From: Octopus bimaculoides
Taxonomy: Eukaryota
DNA: 64,000 bases
NCBI RefSeq assembly: GCF_001194135.2
Contig: NC_068988.1
Span: forward strand, 82,551,927-82,615,926
Direction: 5' to 3'
The notes under the pieces are model-generated. The model saw only the letters and a list, made by a program, of their open reading frames with translations. It was not told where the DNA came from and made no database searches. Shown in pieces: positions 1 through 11,795 of the stretch. The stretch's first letter is position 1. Each line of letters begins with the position of its first letter. Both the position numbers and the translations under genes were made by a program.

Positions 1-37
<37 letters not shown>
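1..37. repeat. (TA)n microsatellite
   Basis: Direct reading. Other (TA)n runs at about 23758-23816, 52370-52435, 57862-57928 and beside the gaps at 13905 and 63068. Confidence 0.95.
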
Positions 38-39
<2 letters not shown>

Positions 40-628
40 AGGTTGACAAACAGCTGGTTTAATTGGGAAAAATTTTCAGTGAAAAGCAAACGTGAATAAG
101 AATTGAGTGTTATGTTGATGGCAGAGCAAACAGATCTTATTGGAACTATATAAATACGAGGTTAGCTTGATATGCATCGTCATTTTGAATCAATGGACAG
201 GAGGACCTCGTTTAATAAATAAATGGGGGAGGGGCGGTGTTAAAAGGGTTTAATCCTTTTGTAGATAGATGCGACCAAGAGGGAAGCGAAATAAACAACA
301 ATAAATTCAAACTACTTGGAAAAAAATAAAACAAATCAGCCACAATAAACAACACACAAAAAGTAGAGAGATGGAGTTGAGGATGGGGAGAGATTACAGA
401 AAAACCACGTGAGAACATGAAAGAATATCATTTTGACTCCAGTGCTTCTGGTTAAGGTGACTGCACCATCGCATCTTTATACATAAAATATACATTAGAT
501 ATATGTGTATATTATAATTTTGTCTAGCAAGCCTTTCCCTTTTTCTAGGGTGTATATAAGAGTGTGTATGTGTGAGAGAGAGGAGGAAAAGAGGGTGGTG
601 GAAAATGTGTAAAATACAAAGAGCTTAC

Positions 629-849
629 TGCTTCATAACAACCCTGATAGGGACTGAAGGTGGAACCAAGGTAGGTAGCGTAGGCATACTGCTTCGACGT
701 ATGCTTTCCATGACATCTACACAATTTTCTTTTATGTTGTTGTTAGTCTCAGGATTCCCTTCTTTGGGTGTTAAAAAGACACGAAATGGTGAGACGCGGG
801 GTAAGGCCGCCGCAACGACGTGCGGAAGGCTTCTCCTTCGGTTTTCCAT
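629..849 (-). CDS. Candidate alternative first coding exon C (73 codons + 2 nt; MENRRRSLPHVVAAALPRVSPF...PSVPIRVVMK) of an unidentified large gene continuing left of the window
   Basis: ATG at 849 in strong context (ACA ATG G) with an in-frame TAA upstream at 862-864. The ORF is non-repetitive and richer in GC/CpG than its flanks. It ends at donor CA|GTAAGC (GT at 628-627); the ORF-track stop is the TAA inside the donor, i.e. phase 2. Confidence 0.75.
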
Positions 850-2050
850 TGTATATAATAGTTACACGGATATATTTTACAAATATATTTTGGTGCTGCC
901 ACAAATGTTTTCTTGATCAAAATGAGACAAAAGGCGACGAAGAAGAAACTAATTATAAAAACTGCTAGAGATCCATAAATATGAACAGTGGCATGACATA
1001 CTTTTTTCTTTTTTTTTTTTCTTCACATCATTTCAGTTTGAGTGCAAGAAGTGCAGGAAGAAAGAACATTTCTTTCGCTACATGTTGATTGACTAAGATA
1101 GTTTTATTATGGCAAGACATTCCAACGTAAGCGCTTGCTTTGATTTCCGTCCATAAATAAGAAGACAATCGTGTTTGTTGTTGCTGTCAAGACATCAGGA
1201 ATGGTACAGCTGCCACCTGTCATTTCAGCATGGATTGACGGTGCAACAATGAGCATTTTGTATATAATTTCAAGAGAAACTGAAAAGATATATTTATACT
1301 TTAGAAGTCATCCAGGCATCACACGTTGACAACAATAGCAGCAGCAGTCGTCACACACGAACAGGATGACCGAAAAGAATTCTATAGGCGGACTGACAGA
1401 CAGACAGATAGCAGGCAGCCACAATCCACCAGAAGCCAACGTTAAAGGACTCGTTGCTCCAACTACAATCCTTCGTGAAACGTTACAGCAGCGGCGGTCG
1501 TGGCGGCGGCGATGTTGTAGTAGTAGTAGTAGTGTTGAGAGAAAGAGTTGTGAGTGGTGATGATAAAAGGTGTTGCAGCAAGCAGTAAAGCTAGTTCCGT
1601 GGAAGGAAGAAATTATAATATTGTTTGTTGTCAGTCAGTATACACAGTGGCAGCAGTAACAACAGCAACAACAACATGGAGCCATAAAAGCATTATTACT
1701 ACCACTACTGCTTTCTTAATGAAATGTAGTGAGTGACAGAAGAAAAGTGTAAACGGGGAGGAAAGACGGGCGTAGATGATTAATGTTGTTGTTGCAGAAC
1801 AGCTATTTATTTTCACCTAAAAGAATAAAAATACACATAAACAAGAGATCCTGCCAACTAGTCGTGAAGATGGCAGCAGAAAGACTAGCAGATGGTGGAA
1901 TATAACACCACTAGGTCACTACTAGAAGCATTTAAAATGATGGTTTCAGGTAAACTTTAAAAGCCAATCTTTTGTTGCGTCTCAATGTCAGTTATAACGT
2001 AGTTTCTTGAATGGAACCATTAAAAGAACAAACGGCTTCAGATTCCAGAA
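850..2050 (-). promoter_or_regulatory. CpG-rich leader/promoter region upstream of exon C
   Basis: Many CpGs compared with the CpG-poor bulk of the window, short triplet runs (GGC, TAG, CAA), no recognisable TE. Acceptor-like ttttattcttttag|G on the minus strand at about 1817. Confidence 0.45.
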
Positions 2051-5000
2051 ACCCAAAAAACTTTCAATACAATTGAAATATAAATCTTTTCATGAAATAC
2101 TTCTGCAAAAACTTCTATACGGAAATAAAATTTAGAGGTTAAAATTTTCAAAATTTTATCAAAAAACTTTTTATTCATTGATTTTAAAAAGTAATTTAAA
2201 TACGGTATTCTGTATCTATTTTGTGTACATGTGGCCTTTTGTTACAAACTTTTCTACTGATATGAAAAAAAAAAAAATGAAAAGTTGAGTGAAAAGAAAA
2301 CTTAAAAGTGACAAAATTATTAGACACGAAGTGGAATGTTTATAATTGTATTATTGATGATGTCACTTGAAAGGGTAACTTAAGAGATCGAATTTGATCA
2401 ATCAAATGATAGGGATATTGCTACTACCACGTGTGATCTCAAAAGAAGTTTTAATGATATTGAAAACTTTAGAATGATTCTTTCTGATTAATCTTTGCAT
2501 TCAGAAGACACATTCCACACGATATACATATAAATACACACACAGACAAACATACACACACATAAGCGTATATAAACATAACCATATATATGCACACGCA
2601 CATACAGTGATTGCTTGACTCGCAAGAAATAGTAGTCATCTTCTTCAAGTGACACAGTCATGTATAACCAGGCAGTGTAATTATAGCCTAGATAGTTTAT
2701 TTTGAACAGACGAGCTGATCATGGTATAAGCACCTTTCATTATAGATCTGCTCAGTCATGGCTTACCTGGGGCTAAACAACAATTTATGCTCTTGCCTAA
2801 TCGACACCTGATACTATAATGCATTCCATTACACCACAACCACCTATCAAAATAACATATGCTACACAGTGCAGCCTTCACAACTGTACAATTCAACATT
2901 ATACATGAAACACTAAAATAATATCAGAAATAACAAAATAAACTCTACAAAGAGAAAAATATAATATACAAACATTAATTCTACACCCCTAAAAGGTAAT
3001 GCTGCACATACATACACCTGGAGCAACATGGAGGTGCATCTTGTACTACATAAGAAACTCACACGAAACTGCTGAAAATATAATTTTTTGCATTGGCAGA
3101 TAGCCATAGATTTGTGGGAGAGACCTGGTCAATCAAATCACTTGCTATAACACTGGTATTTATTCTATTGATCCTGGAGAGATAGGAGGCAGAAGTTAAC
3201 CCAATAATCAAAGGCTTTATAAAGGAAGCTGAAGCACTTTAATTTTTTTTTTATACCAACCCACCTGGGACTGATTTTCATTCTATGATACAAAGCTCTT
3301 GTTTCAAAGTGATATTAATTAAAATCCACCATCAAAATTTCATGCTAATTTATGTTCCTAACACCAGATTGATAATGGCAGTTAATTTACTAAATTCTTT
3401 GTTATTTTCAAAATTAAGTGAAACAAAAGCACTGTGTTTCAACAAGAAAATGATTAAAAAATGATTAATAAGGATAATTATTAAAATGCACAACTGAAAA
3501 TAGTATAAATGGTGTACATGTCTAGTGTGTAAACACTATAAATTATACAATCAACACATCTGTTCACAGAATGACTGAGGAATAATGAATACAATTATAA
3601 TCTATTGTTTAATATCCCACAGGAAGGAAAAGACTGATGTACCAGTAGACAATATATTTCCTTTAGTGTTCTTTTAAAAGATTGAGAATGGAATAAGACT
3701 ACTACACACAGAAAATAAATAATCCAATCAATACAAGACTAGAATAATATAAATTACACAGATTAGAGAAAAAATATGATTATACATGATATGTTTATAA
3801 TTACTACTGTCTTATTGCTGATTCTTTCCACAATTACCATATTTAAACAATATTTCTACAACTGGGTTATATCTAATGCAGCTGAGAGCTTTCATTATCA
3901 GCTGATATTTTCCAACATCAGCTGGAAAAATTGAAGTTTTTGCTACAAAGGGGATTACCTTAGGAATGTATTTTTTGAAAAAAATCTGTAACATTAAATT
4001 ATATTTAAAATTATAATACAAATGTACTTGCTTTATAAAATATAGAAAGTAAAAGTTAAAACAACTGGATCAAAGTTTTGAATTAATCAGTGGAGAAAGC
4101 TAAAATATTGAAACACTAAACAATAGTATTCTGAGTCCAAATCCCTGACAAAAGAATAACAATCCTTTCTGCTATGGGCACAAGGCCTGGAATTTAGGTG
4201 GAAGGGGCAAGTTGATCACATCAACCCCAATGTTTGATTGGTACTTATTTTGTCAATCCTGAAAGGATGAAAGGCAAAGTTGACCTCAGCAAGATTTGAA
4301 CTCAGAATGTAAAGATAGAAGAGATAACACTAAGCATTTTGTTGGGTTTGTTAATGATTCAGCCAGTTTGCCACCTTAATAATAGTAATAATAATTCATG
4401 TGGGAAAAAATTATAATATTTAAAATGTTAAAAACAACTATGAAAATTCAGGACAAAATGAAGTTAAAAAGATGTACAAGCCACAAAGCTGCTGTGATAT
4501 GAATAATGTTTAAACATTAAATTTAAATTTAAAATAATTAAGAATGAAAAACTGTTTAACCAATGTAGTCAGCAAAATAATGACATTCCGAATACTAGCA
4601 TACAAATAGTGTCCCCTCTCACTTCCCTCTCTACCACTACCTGAGTCTGATACCCAGAGCTGGTTTGTCTTGTGCCATACTGCATCTGCCTCATACTAAA
4701 ACCTACACTCAATCCTTCCTCCCTAACATTATCCATGTCAATCTCACTAGTCTCAGATGGTCTGCAAAGCCCATGGGAACACCAAACTAATAAAAAAAAT
4801 TTTCTAAGTATTTAAATGAACTTAAGGACAAGACCAAATATTTAATTCCCTTCTAAGAAGTGAAAGTGTTATGTAATTTAGACCCAAAGCTGAGCCATTC
4901 ACCTTAAATGTTGAAATGCTGTCAACAAAGAATATATTGATCTTTAACAAGAGAGGTAACTGAAGTACAGAAGTATGGATATATTAACCAAGACATAAAT

Positions 5001-5689
5001 AAACACAAACACAGCTATATTGAATTTGGCACAACAAAATAAACTGAAATGAGTTTACATGATGTAACAGTGCACACTGCAGTGTCAACAGAGCTGATGG
5101 TGTGTACACACACACACTGGAATGATAATGCCAAAGAGACAAAACTGCATTAATTCTCTATCATGGTGTTATACAGAGTGACTAAAGTTTTTGTGATTTT
5201 CTATTTAGTTTCATCATCCACTAGCAAGTTATTCTTTCCCTTTAACTGTTCTACTGCAAAAATACTTAGGAACTTTACTCAGAGATAAGTACTAAAACAT
5301 TAGACAATTCTAAAGAATTTAATATTAACTGTATTCATTTCTCTACCTGATCCATTGTGGGAAACACACTTGAAAACATAACATATATTAAGTTAAATTC
5401 AATAGGATGTGACATTTTTTTGGTGGGGGGATTGTTTAATTCTACAAAGATGCATGTTGGGGGCTTAGGCAAGACTACTGTTAATAGCTGCTCAAGTTAT
5501 TTCCACCTGTCAGGTGAAAAAAAATCTAGTAATTCTTTTTTTTTTTTTTCTAAGTCAAGCTTTATCAATTATGAAATATAAAATCCATGCTGAATTGGTA
5601 TACTAGTTATTAACAACCAGCCATAAATCTTGTACCATTGTGTAAAATTTGTTATGGCTGTAAATATATTTTTAAAATTTCTTTAAGTG

Positions 5690-6524
5690 CAAAGTCTGAT
5701 CAATAAGTATTCAGACTGTTGCCAAAGTAACGAAGCTAAAGCATGCAGAGTGAAGCCACTTGGCACAGATTGACCTCGACCTCTGCTGTGCACTAAGTTT
5801 TAATGTTCTAGCTCACTTCTGTTGTTTACAGCAGTACTTTGAAATAATGTGTGATCATCGCATTGACCATGACAGAGAAAGTTGTCATGGCGATACCTGC
5901 TCAGAGGCCTATGCAAAGTTGCAGAAAGTGTATGGAGAGGAGTGTATGAGCCACACACAACTGTGTATGAGTGGTTCAGATGCTTCCAAGATGATTGAAA
6001 AATGTCAATAGTGACAAAACAGTCTGGGAGACCTGCAACCAGCAGAACTGAGAAAAACATTGCAGATGTACATGCAGCTGTGAGGGGAAATCGTCGAATC
6101 ACCATCCGTGAGTTATCAGAGGATATGCAGTTAGTTACGGTTCAGTTCAGTCCATTATCACTGAAAATTTGGGTATGAGACATGTGTCTGCCAAGTTTGT
6201 GCCAAAACTGTTTTCAACTGACCAAAAAGACACAGGTTTCAATTGCACAAAATCTCCTTGATTGTCTCAAGAACGATGAAAACGTTTTTGAAAACTTTGC
6301 ATAGATATCGCCAAGTTTTTAACAAAACTTGATGCAGATTTCAACTTTCTCTGTCATGGTCAATGTGATGAACACATGCTACACACATTCCTTCCAAGCA
6401 CTGCTGTAAACAGCAGAAGTGAATTAGAACATTAAAACTTAGTGTAAATGCACAGCAGAGTTCAAGGTCAATCTGTGCCAAGCAGCTTCACTCAACAGTC
6501 CAGATACTTATTGATTGGACCACA
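5690..6524 (+). mobile_element. Internally deleted, degenerate mariner (Tc1/mariner) element
   Basis: Imperfect TIRs (gtctgatcaataagtattcagactgttg at left; caacagtccagatacttattgattggac at right) with TA at 6525-6526. Frameshifted N-terminal transposase: KVYGEECMS...SGRPATSRTEKNIADV...RRITIREL...LGMRHVSAKFVPKL. No catalytic domain. Confidence 0.85.
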
Positions 6525-8711
6525 TATGTTACACTACTTAGTTTCGGTAGCTTGGATGACAGACTAGTGATGCTCCTGTTTAACAAAAATCAAATCTAGT
6601 CTGTTCAACCCCCTTCTAAATTTCCAGAAAATCCTGTAATTTGCCCATAGGGAGTGTGGTACTGTCAACAGCAAGATTACCTATATGTTTACTAAACACA
6701 GGTCCATAACTCCATAAACAAAAAGAAAAATGTAGAGGGGAAATAAAGTTTACCTAAAAGATGAAACTTCTTTTCAATGCAAGTTTTTCATTAATTAGAC
6801 AGTTATTGTCTGCTATTCCATTTTTTGGTTTGAATATTATCAATAAAATGAATATAAATGATGAAAACAATATAAAAGAAATATTTCATAAAACAAAAAT
6901 AGATGGAAAGTTTTTTTATTTTTTTTATTTTTAAATCAATAAAAATTAAATTATCACTTTTCATTGAAAAATTGAATTATGAATTTCATCAAAATATATT
7001 CTGGTGTAACTATTTTATAACAACAAAAAACAAAAAGCTGATGATAAAAAGAGTATCCAACTATAAAGAAACAAAAAACATGCCGAAAAGGAACAAATGA
7101 GAACTTCACAAAGGCAACATCTCTAGTGTCAGTGGTATAATAAAATGCAACCAATCCATGGTGTACAGCAGTCAATGATAGGAAGGACATCTAGCTATAA
7201 AAACCATGTCAAAAATTGACATGCATAAAACTGACTGGTTTATTTTTGTGTTGTGTGGACCAGATGATGAAGGGAGACCACAATGTGCAGAGAAATGTTG
7301 TGATACTCATCTAACCCATGGAAGCATAGAAAAATGGATGTAAAGAGATGAACTTCTATAATCAGCTAATACATGGAAATAGTTCTAATAAACTAGCATT
7401 TACTTAGAATATCAAATTATAAGTTTTTATTTTTTTTATATATGTAAATTGCATGGCCTAGTGGCTAGGGTGTTAGATTCATGATCTTAAAGTTATGAGT
7501 TCAATTCCTAGACTAGATGTCACATTGTGTTCATGAAAAAAGCATTTCATTTCACAATCTTTCAGTCTATTCAGCTGTAAATAAGAAACCAGCCAAGTAG
7601 AGGTGCAACCTTCTCTCAACAATGACAAGCTCGATGCTTTGCTAGGTTGAAGGTGGGAGCAAAATAGTGTCAATGCAAAGTCACCAAAAACAACGAAAGT
7701 GTGGTATGTTACCATATATGTATGAGATGATAATGGATGCATATAATTCCAACACCAAAACCATTGCTACAGTTTTCAGAAAGAATAAGAATGTATCAAA
7801 AGACTGAAATGGCTTGATGTGTTATTTTTACCATATCTTTTAATGCCCATAGATTGGACTTGTTCATAAAATCAGCATCTTTCATTACACAAATAACCTG
7901 ATAAGTGTAACTGAAAATCCAATTTGTGTTGGACATTAGTTAAAATAAAGCAAGGTAAGCGAGAGTAAACTGGCATTTAAGTTTTATGACAAAGTTGGAA
8001 ATTTGTGAGAAGTGGAAAGTTTTCCTTTGAAAAAAGAGACATTATTTTATTTTTAAGATAAAGGATTGTTTTCTGAACTGAGCACAAGGTACAGCACAAA
8101 ATCACACACCAATAACAATGAGACAAACAAGAATGAAATTTAATTAAAGATAATCAATTTAGAATATAAATTTGTGTTTACAACAGATATATGCAATAAG
8201 ACAGTGTTTAAAGGGAAACCACCAAATGGAATACACTCTAACATCAATATTTCGAACCGACAAAGAGGTCTCTAAGACGTCTGACCTAATAGAAATAGCA
8301 CCAAATACCCCCTCAAATTTCTCCTTACAATCTTAAAAATACATTCACATCGAGTAATGAAGTTCTTGATAAACGATGGTTACACAAAATAATGAGATGG
8401 TTGCATTCAGAAATTATTTGACCAACCTGGCTTACAATTACAAAGCAACAAAATAGATTCTTCAGAGGGAGGATATAGTCAACTGAATCAGTGTTACTGA
8501 CAGTTATTTCATTGAAGTTAGAAAAAGAAGGACAACTTGGTGGAGTTTTGAAGTAACTATCCCTAAATCATAAAAAAAGGGGGCACAGAATTGGCAAGGG
8601 AGCAAATATGTTTAAAAAAAAAAAAAAAAAAATTAAATAGAGAAAGGGAACTGTCATTACAAACCCAGATATTGCCGCCTGTAATGCAGGAGAGTAAAAA
8701 TAAATGAATAT

Positions 8712-9067
8712 AGGAGCCTGATGGGACACTTTGTGCCAGTCACTGTCAAGACCTCAGGTGTTCTCAGACTCCAGAGTATCGATTTCCTCCGCAAGAATCA
8801 GGATAACGGCGGCCCATCTGATAAATGAGCCCTACGAGGTGCAGTGGCTGCTGCAGCGAGTGTCAATGGCCATTCTCCACGACAACACCATTGCAATCAT
8901 TACTGCAGGGTGCAGCTAAGCACACCATTTGTTCTGGGATATGTGGCTCAATGCTCCCTCTCCTCCACTTTCTGCTGCTTAATTCCTCCCTTTTTTTCTG
9001 TTTCTTTGTCTCCTTGTAATTAAGTTGTGATTGAATAAAGTTTATCCCCAAGTTATTTAAAAAAAAG
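8712..9067 (+). mobile_element. 5'-truncated 3' end of a non-LTR retrotransposon with restriction-like endonuclease, probably CRE clade
   Basis: With one frameshift it reads HFVPVTVKTSGVLRLQSIDFLRK/IRITAAHLINEPYEVQWLLQRVSMAILHDNTIAII*. This matches the CRE-type C-terminal pattern FVPxAVETxG...FL.QRLSVAIQRGNA. Followed by a short 3' UTR, AATAAA at 9034-9039 and an A-run at about 9059-9067. Confidence 0.65.
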
Positions 9068-9091
9068 TATTTTCTACAAAAAAAGGGGGGG

Positions 9092-9641
9092 NNNNNNNNN
9101 NNNNNNNNNNNNNNNNNNNNNNNNNNNNNNNNNNNNNNNNNNNNNNNNNNNNNNNNNNNNNNNNNNNNNNNNNNNNNNNNNNNNNNNNNNNNNNNNNNNN
9201 NNNNNNNNNNNNNNNNNNNNNNNNNNNNNNNNNNNNNNNNNNNNNNNNNNNNNNNNNNNNNNNNNNNNNNNNNNNNNNNNNNNNNNNNNNNNNNNNNNNN
9301 NNNNNNNNNNNNNNNNNNNNNNNNNNNNNNNNNNNNNNNNNNNNNNNNNNNNNNNNNNNNNNNNNNNNNNNNNNNNNNNNNNNNNNNNNNNNNNNNNNNN
9401 NNNNNNNNNNNNNNNNNNNNNNNNNNNNNNNNNNNNNNNNNNNNNNNNNNNNNNNNNNNNNNNNNNNNNNNNNNNNNNNNNNNNNNNNNNNNNNNNNNNN
9501 NNNNNNNNNNNNNNNNNNNNNNNNNNNNNNNNNNNNNNNNNNNNNNNNNNNNNNNNNNNNNNNNNNNNNNNNNNNNNNNNNNNNNNNNNNNNNNNNNNNN
9601 NNNNNNNNNNNNNNNNNNNNNNNNNNNNNNNNNNNNNNNNN
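9092..9641. other. Assembly gap (others: 13905-14110, 16166-16652, 27645-28140, 47607-47616, 58498-58939, 63068-63107)
   Basis: Runs of N. Confidence 1.
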
Positions 9642-10219
9642 CAGAAACATTTTCAAAGCGTTTTATGGACTTTTTGTCATAGCGTCTCGTCTGACCAAAA
9701 TGCTAGGGGAGACTCGTGACGACACGTGGCTTGTTCCACTGATCGTTTCGCAGCAGTTAATAATGCTGCGATTGTTTTGGAGTGTTTCCATTAGGCTGAA
9801 ATATATACAGATTAAAGAAATACAAAACCGAAACCAAATTAACCTGCTGATTATTTTATTGATGATGATCTAAAACAAATTAGTAAAACATTTTATTAGT
9901 CACACATGACCTGTAAAGATGAATGTTGCAAATGAACTCAAACGGAGTGAATGCCAGAGAGAGACAAACTAGATAGAAAAATCTATAATAATGTTTCTGC
10001 AATCATACTAAGTATGGAATGAAATCTAAAATATAACATTCGTAATCTATGGAACAAAATCGAACACGTAATCAGTACTACGTAGTCAAGAATCAAACGC
10101 TTTAGAAAAAGTAGAATTTCAAAAGAAAACATTAAATGTACTGCTTACTGTCCCGCTACCTAACCCAGGATGACATCCTAAAATGAAAATAATGTGTATG
10201 TGTGATAACAAAGATTACC

Positions 10220-11085
10220 CGAGGGGGTACCCAAAAGTAACCGATAACGTTCTCTGTAGGACAAACCCGTTGTAGTTCAGGCTTCCGGCGACAAGCCACT
10301 TGATGCAGCCCTCAGGCATCAGTCTGCCGGCGTCGTCAGCTGCGGTCGTACTGCCACGTAGTACGTCTTTGTTTTGCAGTGCTTCTCCCCTGTTCGTTGA
10401 TTTTTGCGATGCCTGAAACGAAGGCAGAGCGTGCTACCGTGAAATTCTGTTTTCTGCTGGGGAAAGCGGCGGCCGGCCAAAACAGTTGTCATGCTTCAAA
10501 CACCTTACAAGGACACTGCTGTGGCTTTAAGAATGGTCACCTGTCACTTGAAGGCCAACCTCATTCGGGACGACCATCAATCTCTCAAACGAATGAAAAT
10601 TCATGATCTGATCTTCGAGGAACGTCGCCCAACAATTGAGGAATTTGTTGATATGACTAGTGTGTACTGGAGCTCCTGCCAACGAATTTTGAGTGAAGAA
10701 TTACAAATATAAAGAGTTACAGCAAAATTTGTACCTCACTTGCTCATAGAAGATCAAAAGCAGTCACAACTGAATGTGTGTTGTGGACTGAAAGAACAGT
10801 TGGCAGTTGATATGGACCTTATTTCAGGCGACATCACTGGTGATGAAAGCTGGTGCTATGGAATTTGCAGATGTGGAAGAAGTGAAGAAAAAAAAAAACA
10901 ACGGAGGCATTAAAAGGCATCACTTTGCAAGAGTTCCAGCTCTGCTTCAAATAATGGAAAACACTCCTGGGCTGATGCATTGCTTCAAATGGAGAATACT
11001 TTGAAGGTGATAAAAGTGTAAACCTGTAAAACTAAGTGGATAAAATTATATTGCAAAATTCTGGTTTCTTTTGGGTACCCCCTCA
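10220..11085 (+). mobile_element. Internally deleted mariner element (second lineage)
   Basis: TIRs cgagggggtacccaaaag / cttttgggtaccccctca with TA at 11086-11087. Transposase remnants: RATVKFCFLLGK, HSGRP, AKFVPHLL and first catalytic motif TGDESW, fused directly to the C-terminal FADVEEVK...CIASNGEYFEG. Confidence 0.9.
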
Positions 11086-11449
11086 TATACCAAAACCTAA
11101 ATGTTTCATTGTGTTGTAGTTATCTTTGTAATAATCACAGATACAGTACTTAATATTTTTAGAGTTCTATGCAAAACCTACAAATGTGAGTTTGTATTTT
11201 TATATAAAGCCATGGAGATGTTGAAGCCTAGAAGTTAGGCCCACATGGCATATGTATGCAAACTTATGTCTCAGAGTTGGCATGTGCAATGACATCTTTC
11301 ACAGCCTGGAGGAGGCTGTTCAAACTGGAGTTGATGTCCAGGAGTAATGTGGCATAGGCTAAAAAGTTTGAATTTGTAAATATAATCATCATACACACAA
11401 TCCCCAATGCTTTATTTTTCTCCTTAGCTGTCATATCACAAGACAAAGA

Positions 11450-11795
11450 TGTGAAAGATTGTGGCAGTTGGGTAAGAAGTTTGGTTCCCAACCACATGGT
11501 TCTAGGTTCAGTCCCACTGTATTGCAGCTTGGGCAAATGTCTTCAACTGGAGCCTCAAGCCAACCAAAGTCTTTCGAAAGAATTTGGTAGACAGAAACTG
11601 AAAGAAGCCTGTTGTGTTTGTGTGCATATATCTTTGCGCCTGTGTTTGTCCTCCACCACCGCTTAACAACCAGTGTTGGTGTGTTTACAACCCTGTAACT
11701 TAGCAGTTCAGCAAAAGAGGCCAATGGAATAAATACCAGGTTTTGAAAAACTTAAGTATTGGGGTTGGTTCCCTGACTGAAACAAGTAAAAGATA
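11450..11795 (+). mobile_element. Abundant SINE family with tRNA-like head and internal (TG)n region
   Basis: ggtaagaagtttg...ggttcagtcccactg...ttgggcaa...ggaaactgaaagaagcc pattern, repeated many times in the window. Confidence 0.7.

Noticed and set aside
3812-4021. 69-aa minus-strand ORF as a coding exon
   Set aside because: No recognisable homology, no convincing acceptor/donor pair consistent with exons A-C, and composition like the intronic background.
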